Positions 28,101 to 33,731 of a DNA stretch of 33,731 nucleotides are shown here, in pieces. Positions within the stretch are counted from its first letter, which is position 1, and each line of letters starts with the position of its first letter. Both the position numbers and the translations under genes were made by a program. This stretch comes from Euryarchaeota archaeon UBA463 (lineage in GTDB: Archaea; Thermoplasmatota; Poseidoniia; Poseidoniales; Thalassarchaeaceae), in the NCBI GenBank assembly GCA_002501805.1, contig DAOI01000029.1, positions 2,194-35,924 of the forward strand. Reading direction: 5' to 3'. The notes under the pieces are model-generated. The model did not search any database. It saw nothing but the letters and a program-made list of their open reading frames with translations, and was not told the DNA's origin.

Positions 28101-31100
28101 CGAGGTTAGATTTCCAGATACATCGAGGAAGTCACCTGCAGTCGGGTTGGCAGTGATGGGACTAAATGATATAGAGGTCGGAGATCTAACAATAATCGTG
28201 TTAATGTATGTGAATGAAGTATGTAGAGTCTCAGTTCCATTTGATCCATTGAACATGAGCATGACTGAGATCGCTCCCAAAGGATGAGAGTGCGGGACAT
28301 CGAATGAGAAATTTACATATCCACCAGAATTGGAAGAAATCTCGGATGTCATCCAGGTATCATGGAATTTAGCAGACACGTTCATCCCGGCGATTTCTCT
28401 ATCATTGTCGGTTGACTCTGCAAGCTTGGCTCCGAAGGAAACAGAGGACCCTCGGTCCACTATTGTATTTATCAGCGGGACCCGATCAATGAATTGAACA
28501 ACCCCTCTTACCAAAATCGAGTCAGAACCTGTTCCTGTCAAGTAGAATGGACTACTCCCATTTTCAACGCTAACTACGACCGTCTTGAGCCCGTTTGAAA
28601 CCCCGTCTCCTAATGGATCGGTCGGTACGGAAATTGAAAATGTCCCATTGGGGGAAGTTGCGAAACCGGTTACTAGCTTCTCACTAGGATCATTTAGGAA
28701 GAATATCTCTATTGATACTGGTCCACTAACTGTCCTATTGATGTCGAAGGAATCCATTACTTTACCTGTTACTAAGAATGACTGCCCTGCAGTTACTTCG
28801 GGAAGAGGGGAGTTATCTATCCTGACGTTGCTCGCAACCTGAACTGTTAGGTTCATGTAGCTCTCGTTGGCAAGCCATCTGCCTGCGTCTTGAGTTTCAA
28901 GTGAGTCAGTTAAGTCGTCTGGAGCTAGGATAAGTACGTCATAGTAGCCAGGAGGGGCATCACTGGGGATCGTTGACTGGAATTCAACAACACCATCATT
29001 TCCAGTGACAGAGGTATTCAATAATTGCTGAAGAGGACCTCCCCAATCGAAGTATATTTCCACAGTGGCGTTAGATAGCCTCTCGTTACTCTCGAGATCC
29101 CTGACTGTCGCTGATGCGGACAGATTTTCTCCTGCGACCACTATTGCACTAGTATTGGTAGATTGAACATCGAACATTGTCTGTATCCCTATATCGAGAG
29201 AGTTTTCCGTGGCAGGATCGAAGAAGTAGGGTATTCCGCCCGGTGAGTTCTTTTCGAAGTCTAAGACCAGAATCGCCTGATATACTCCAGAGCCAATCCC
29301 ACTAGGCATCGAGAACGATATGTTGTATTCTCCAGTGGTAGTATCTAACCACTCTGATCCCAATGTGTACCTATCTGGAGGAAGAGGGTTGCCATCTGGT
29401 CCAGCAGGTAGGCTTGATGGGACATCCAAGAATAGGGATACAGAAGTGTTATTCCCTAAAACAGTGGAATTCAGATCGGAATCGATCACTGATCCTGAGA
29501 TCCAAGTAGTGTTGCCCATTGGTACCCACTCGGTACCAAGATTGAAAATCGGCGAAGCCCTACCTTGAATCCTAACATTGTCGGTTGTTTGGTTGGGACT
29601 AATCCAAGTAGAACCGTTGTAGCTCAGTACCCAAGGATAGTCACCTGCAGGAGTTAGTAGCGATGGAGACCAAGAAGGTACTATTTTGGGAACATCTGGA
29701 TCGGAGATATTCCAAACTTCGGTGTCGTTGACGGACAGGGAGAAGAAGCCTGGGAAGGTGGTGATTTCTGCCCCAGTGTGATCAGACAAGGAGACTAATA
29801 TATCCGATGTGGATCCTTTAGGGGCTGGAATCATAGTGTAATTGAATACGATGTAGCTCTTTATACCATGTTGGTCAACTACAGTAGTCTCATCCTTTGC
29901 GAAAAGCTGATCGGCCAGATATTGATACCTTATCTCAACAAGTCCTGCGGGAATAGGGACATCAGAATCAAGGAAAGTCCAATTCACGGCGAATTGTCCT
30001 GGATTAGACAGCCAGTCACTATCATTCAGATACCAGGAGTTGAGGGTTTGGAAAGGAGCATTAGTACCCGATCTCCTCATCTGTAATGTCAAGGTCCCAT
30101 TCAGAGACTCTGGAATCTCAGATTTACTGAGTGCGGTACCGTTAAGGTAAATTCTATTGTTAATCTCTAGTAGTGTATTGTTCAATCCCTGACCTTCCAG
30201 TGAAATAGTTAGGTTTGGAGCCTGAGTGAGATTCAGATTGATTGTTTCTGAGTATGGCCTGATATGGAAAACAGGACCAGATGCATTGTTTAGATCGAAC
30301 TGATGCCAACCAGTGTAATCAAGTGTGGCCGGAATGAGTCCTTCTTGCTCACTTTCGTTGATAGATACTGAGAACTCGAAATATCCCCCTGGTCCGATAC
30401 TGGATATCAGACTGACTGGACCATCTTGAGAAGTAGTATAATTCATCAGTATCTGCATACTATCAATCAGTGAAATATCATTGTAAGGGATATTTTCTAG
30501 AGAGACCGAGCCAGTAATAGTGGTATTAACACCTATTCCTATTTTTGGCTCCGTAAGTGGCCGAGGTTCACTTAAAGTGAGAGTGATATCATCGGTAACG
30601 TTTAGGTTCCATCCTGAGAAAATACCTTGCGAGCCAACATAATCAAGTGTCTTGGTCATAATAACCAATGAGGAATTACCTGGATTGACTGCTTCGGTAG
30701 GCATTCCTGTGATATTGAATGAGCCATTGGAGTCAGTTACAGCCGCACCTACTAGGTGCTGGGAAACTGCGGCTAAACCTGGTATTTGATTAGTCATATT
30801 TGATTCGACGAGATACATCTCAACGCCTACTCCTGCGGCAGATGTCTGATTATCTGTGAACCTTAGGGTGCCATTCATCCATATCGACTGGCCAGATAGG
30901 TCTCTGTCCAACCACAATGGGCCCCAATTCTCGTCTGTTACTTCGACGAGTGACATTGCAGGACAGGCCTCGAATGGAATCCATCCCAAATCTGCATTTC
31001 CAAGATTTTGGTTGGTTTGTAAGTGAACCTCTACCCAAGAAGAGAAATCTTTTCCATAAACCTCGAAAGCTTCACCGTTCCAATAACCTCCAGAGAATCC

Positions 31101-33731
31101 TGTTACCTTCCTCACAGGGATATCAGCAGTTCTAAGCATGACGGCAAAGAGCGAAGTGAATTGGTCGCAACTTCCCTCAAATGAATTATTGAGAATCCAA
31201 TATGCCATATCAGACTCTTCTTCTAAACCAGACGGAACATTGGTTCCATTGTTATTTCTCAGGAATGTAATGGTGTCATTACCTTCTGTGATGAAGTCAG
31301 CTATAGCAGATACTTTATCCCAGGCCGATAATGCTCCGGAGTCATTGATTATGGATTGTGTTATTCCGGAGACGAATTCATTCATATTGCCCCTTGAGGT
31401 AAAGAACGGGGGAAGATCAGTAGCATAGTCAGTTCCCGTAAACACGGTAGAGTTGTCCCTAATTGCCTGAGTGATGTTTACCTGTGGGGTAGTGATGAAC
31501 ATTGTATCAATCGAAGAACCGTCTACAATTATGTCCCTTGTGAAGTTAGAAAAATTCAAGCCTGCAGTTGGATCAGTCCAGCCTGTGAAATTTACGGTAT
31601 TATGAGGCAGGATAAGCTCCTCCCCGACATCAGCCACTCCTGGTCCTCTGTAACTAATTTCCCAGCCCATTAGGGTTGAGTTATCCCAGAATTGCTGATC
31701 TGAGACCCCTTGTGTAGTAGAGAATCCGGGCACCATTTCAGTATTGCCTACAAGGGAGGTATTCACGCCCCATGATATCCCTGTGTATTGATCGTACGTG
31801 TGCCATCTCCAGTAGATTGTATTCTGGGGATTTAGTATAGATGATTGATTTGTGGCATAGAGATATATGGAATTGGGAGAAATATCATCTGACGGGTCCC
31901 AAGGATTGTTCGGAGAGTCTTCACACTGGCCGTCCCAGTAGTCCGAGGTACATTCCTGTCCGTCTGGGACACCCCCTCCATCAGTATCAGGATCTCTCCA
32001 ATCAGTTCCAGTAGAGTTTTCGATTGTATCTGGGATTCCATCCCCATCCGTATCGACCGGATTTCTATCATCATTAGGGTTATCTTGAGGATTTGTGCCA
32101 TCGATATATTCTTGGAAATCTGTCACCCCTCCATTATCGGTATCTGACAAATTCCACAGGGTGAAGTAAGTATCGTTAGTAAAGTTCCCCCCCATACCAG
32201 GAAACGTCACTACGCAACCCGTAGTATTTTCAAAGTAATTATTCAATCCATCCCCATCGGAGTCAAGTAGGTTTTCACATGGATTTAGAGGGTCAGTACC
32301 ATTTAGGATTTCATCTAAATCTTCTACTCCATCCGAATCTGTATCCACAAGATTTGGATTGGTCGGGAATCCCCATGTGGACAGGTACTCTTCCCAGTCG
32401 GAGAGGCCGTCACCATCTGAATCTGAGTAGTCATCATCACAAATTGGATCATTAACTGCTCCTATAGTAGCATCCCAACACCACGAGAAGTTAGTGAAGA
32501 GGACCGTAGATGTATTAGCTGGCAGGTCTACGTTAACGCTTCTTAATACGTCTGAATCTATGCTTTCATATCTGAACTCTACTAGAGTCCCATTAGATTG
32601 AACATAATACGCCATTGGAGCATCTGTCTGTCTCCAATCGAGAGGCGATTGATCTAATTCAGAAGTCGAGTTGAGTGTTAGAGAAGATGTGACTGCATCC
32701 CAGCCAACTATTTGGAGAGTAAGTTCCTCTTCAGATAAGCAGGGATCAGAGTTGTGGAAAGGTAGAATCTCATCGCCGTCAGATACCCCTCCGCCATCAG
32801 TATCGAAAACGTTCCAAAGAGTGCATGTCATATTCTCTTCCCAATTCTGAATACCGTCCCCATCAAAGTCCCCAGCATCCTCTATCCTAGTTGGGTCGGT
32901 CTCGTTCATATCCACTATGCCATTGCCATTGAGGTCCTCCTCCCCATCATCGAATTGATCGCCATCTGTATTGTTATTCCTAGGGTCACTAGCTTGCGGG
33001 GGGTCGCCATACTGGCCATTGACCTCGACTCCATCTTCTATGCCATCAGAGTCAGTATCAACAGAGGTAGGGTCTGTTAAGAGAATTAATGCCTCATACG
33101 AGTCATTAAGACCGTCTCCATCTGTATCGTTTGACTGTGGATCAGTGGATGTAATGCCATCAACCTCGGCAGTTAGAAATTGACACCCCCCTGGTCCCAA
33201 TGACAATACCGGATTACAAGGCGATTCGGTCGCCGTCATGGCCAGTGGACCGGGCCTGAAATACTGGGTAGGAGGAGTTGTAGATCCATTTCTAGTGCCC
33301 CATGCCGGATTTACATATTCCTTCAGATTGATCAGTCCATCACCGTCTGGATCTCCAAATGTACCATCCATATTGCTGTTAGATGTCGGATCTAATCCAT
33401 TAGCGGCTTCCCATCCGTCAGGCATTCCATCTCCATCAGTGTCCCACCCATCTGGGTCCTCGTCGGCGATACCATCACCGTCATCATCATCACTAGAGCA
33501 GTTGGCATCACCATCTCCATCTCCATCAAAGTTATCCACCATTCCATCTTTATCGTCATCAAATGTGTTGAAGCAAATATTTCCCCTGGGGTCTTCATCT
33601 GCACCATCAGAATTTAGACCTTGAATAAGTTGCATGGCACTTTCTTCATCCCAATCCCTGACTGGGACGGTTCCATTCCACCATACTCCATTATCTAGCA
33701 CGTTTGGAGTAGATGGCAAATCCCATCCAGA
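25119..33731 (-). CDS. Giant surface protein with Ca-binding TSP3-like repeats, transglutaminase-like domain, Ig-like array, TM helix and DUF4129-like tail (5' end outside the window)
   Basis: Frame stays open past the track's TTG 33719 to the window edge (TCT GGA TGG GAT TTG). About 15 DxDxDG/DTDGGG repeats; YWRWHTYDQYTG.SW; GSCDQFTSLFAVMLRTADIPVRKVTGF...SWVEV; C-terminal TM then IFNCY...ETVREF...FEEARYS. Confidence 0.9.
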   Translation of the reverse strand, partial: SGWDLPSTPNVLDNGVWWNGTVPVRDWDEESAMQLIQGLNSDGADEDPRGNICFNTFDDDKDGMVDNFDGDGDGDANCSSDDDDGDGIADEDPDGWDTDGDGMPDGWEAANGLDPTSNSNMDGTFGDPDGDGLINLKEYVNPAWGTRNGSTTPPTQYFRPGPLAMTATESPCNPVLSLGPGGCQFLTAEVDGITSTDPQSNDTDGDGLNDSYEALILLTDPTSVDTDSDGIEDGVEVNGQYGDPPQASDPRNNNTDGDQFDDGEEDLNGNGIVDMNETDPTRIEDAGDFDGDGIQNWEENMTCTLWNVFDTDGGGVSDGDEILPFHNSDPCLSEEELTLQIVGWDAVTSSLTLNSTSELDQSPLDWRQTDAPMAYYVQSNGTLVEFRYESIDSDVLRSVNVDLPANTSTVLFTNFSWCWDATIGAVNDPICDDDYSDSDGDGLSDWEEYLSTWGFPTNPNLVDTDSDGVEDLDEILNGTDPLNPCENLLDSDGDGLNNYFENTTGCVVTFPGMGGNFTNDTYFTLWNLSDTDNGGVTDFQEYIDGTNPQDNPNDDRNPVDTDGDGIPDTIENSTGTDWRDPDTDGGGVPDGQECTSDYWDGQCEDSPNNPWDPSDDISPNSIYLYATNQSSILNPQNTIYWRWHTYDQYTGISWGVNTSLVGNTEMVPGFSTTQGVSDQQFWDNSTLMGWEISYRGPGVADVGEELILPHNTVNFTGWTDPTAGLNFSNFTRDIIVDGSSIDTMFITTPQVNITQAIRDNSTVFTGTDYATDLPPFFTSRGNMNEFVSGITQSIINDSGALSAWDKVSAIADFITEGNDTITFLRNNNGTNVPSGLEEESDMAYWILNNSFEGSCDQFTSLFAVMLRTADIPVRKVTGFSGGYWNGEAFEVYGKDFSSWVEVHLQTNQNLGNADLGWIPFEACPAMSLVEVTDENWGPLWLDRDLSGQSIWMNGTLRFTDNQTSAAGVGVEMYLVESNMTNQIPGLAAVSQHLVGAAVTDSNGSFNITGMPTEAVNPGNSSLVIMTKTLDYVGSQGIFSGWNLNVTDDITLTLSEPRPLTEPKIGIGVNTTITGSVSLENIPYNDISLIDSMQILMNYTTSQDGPVSLISSIGPGGYFEFSVSINESEQEGLIPATLDYTGWHQFDLNNASGPVFHIRPYSETINLNLTQAPNLTISLEGQGLNNTLLEINNRIYLNGTALSKSEIPESLNGTLTLQMRRSGTNAPFQTLNSWYLNDSDWLSNPGQFAVNWTFLDSDVPIPAGLVEIRYQYLADQLFAKDETTVVDQHGIKSYIVFNYTMIPAPKGSTSDILVSLSDHTGAEITTFPGFFSLSVNDTEVWNISDPDVPKIVPSWSPSLLTPAGDYPWVLSYNGSTWISPNQTTDNVRIQGRASPIFNLGTEWVPMGNTTWISGSVIDSDLNSTVLGNNTSVSLFLDVPSSLPAGPDGNPLPPDRYTLGSEWLDTTTGEYNISFSMPSGIGSGVYQAILVLDFEKNSPGGIPYFFDPATENSLDIGIQTMFDVQSTNTSAIVVAGENLSASATVRDLESNERLSNATVEIYFDWGGPLQQLLNTSVTGNDGVVEFQSTIPSDAPPGYYDVLILAPDDLTDSLETQDAGRWLANESYMNLTVQVASNVRIDNSPLPEVTAGQSFLVTGKVMDSFDINRTVSGPVSIEIFFLNDPSEKLVTGFATSPNGTFSISVPTDPLGDGVSNGLKTVVVSVENGSSPFYLTGTGSDSILVRGVVQFIDRVPLINTIVDRGSSVSFGAKLAESTDNDREIAGMNVSAKFHDTWMTSEISSNSGGYVNFSFDVPHSHPLGAISVMLMFNGSNGTETLHTSFTYINTIIVRSPTSISFSPITANPTAGDFLDVSGNLTSSNGSGIFDRSGNPLSPSLTFLIDNVSTGFSVSGGAVNPNGSWSARIFLDMTFPRGTHDISATYTPTVNYYSSSSSNGTFDSRGFSMISIIDPTDLDPDARTIRGDPSNLNISIMDNAGENVGNVEVKILVDGLETWSGFTDSNGLINTNLSTDPNRDPGPMTVTAVFDGINGTTGLSGDQTWTRIIILAPTVIEVSNISGSAVAGERVIFSGTLLDERGLPLVEDGSPKGGVVHLYIDGIDVGPLYIDVSNSTSGTWQITYDLPLDMDYGQHTFSIEFLGGFTWVDPMGQGDSLNPEYYLSSIITSPFNITQTSQVVLTTPQGEIDRNELLLIEGILTDGAGRSLPNRALEAYMNGQMLTSLNVDGNGSFSLFFPVPSDMPLGPREVTLFFQGEEFILGSNSTTIFTVFSPTTLTVEDPMPVAVGDVLNLRGNVRDNLPDGWLSNHSLQIFVDGILIGTTVTEEDGSWHLSWVVSEFLDVGVHPVTVMSPDQGYYRQTSVETNLTIAYHTTITLNVENSVATRGGSWNFSGRLYDSDTPGTPGLEDREVSFLLDGIEILVLTTGADGTFSFTHELGYSISRGEHLVSVNFYGEELYLSDSTNTTVFSRADINVEILLISDEVVRSDETRPIRVRGRVLEIGGDGNTMEEMEMSLLWEGSLEPNAIISWDQATGQFLITSNAKTYMPPGNSIFTIDVESDAERFLNGASIEFDLQILVSVDFEFIPDRIFIERGQSKISGKINVTASDDNRAPPVEGVSITARLTNDTDTLFTVVGMTDMNGIFNYQFESFHDDHSFWDRDFWGELKIEFSSDSDIIDPVNATQLAQFSEVNINYQAEASDSLLRPAIISILLVAFMIGVSALVVTIRNRKKAAIDELAGVFSYTAELLAAGDEVREAIFNCYEGLCKILMSRGFLRRDFETVREFEMAIRSALPISEQALLSLDRIFEEARYSSHVLGNQHRESAQMALNSVLQEIDQLEEVPLRSKGKIIDD

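Noticed and set aside
31950-33620. Recurrent ccatc/gtatc motifs as a possible CRISPR or DNA repeat array
   Set aside because: They are codons of DxDxDG protein repeats, degenerate at the DNA level and irregularly spaced.
25750-33624. Numerous plus-strand ORFs of 60-193 aa
   Set aside because: All lie antisense to the giant gene and have shadow-like composition.

Overview
Compact archaeal chromosomal segment with no integrase, transposase, CRISPR array or rRNA seen. The archaeal informational genes (rpoE'-spt4-rps24e-rps27ae, DtdA, XPD-like helicase), the acidic giant surface proteins and the tight packing suggest a marine euryarchaeote such as Marine Group II/Poseidoniales; this is an inference, not a search result. 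The window holds divergent tRNA-Thr(GGT) and tRNA-Ser(GGA), a membrane Zn-ribbon protein followed by a membrane-anchored subtilisin, ProDH, DtdA, PurC, GdhA, an HD phosphohydrolase, a tandem RHH regulator and two very large surface proteins. The most unusual items are: (1) a polar amino-acid ABC permease fused to a seven-repeat YCF48/Asp-box beta-propeller where a solute-binding domain would normally sit, with no binding-protein gene in the window; (2) a >2870-aa TgpA-like protein whose transglutaminase triad is altered (Cys kept, His->Ser, Asp->Glu); (3) two structured non-coding leaders able to pair with the downstream ribosome-binding region. Start codons were moved from the ORF track where a downstream ATG fits better.
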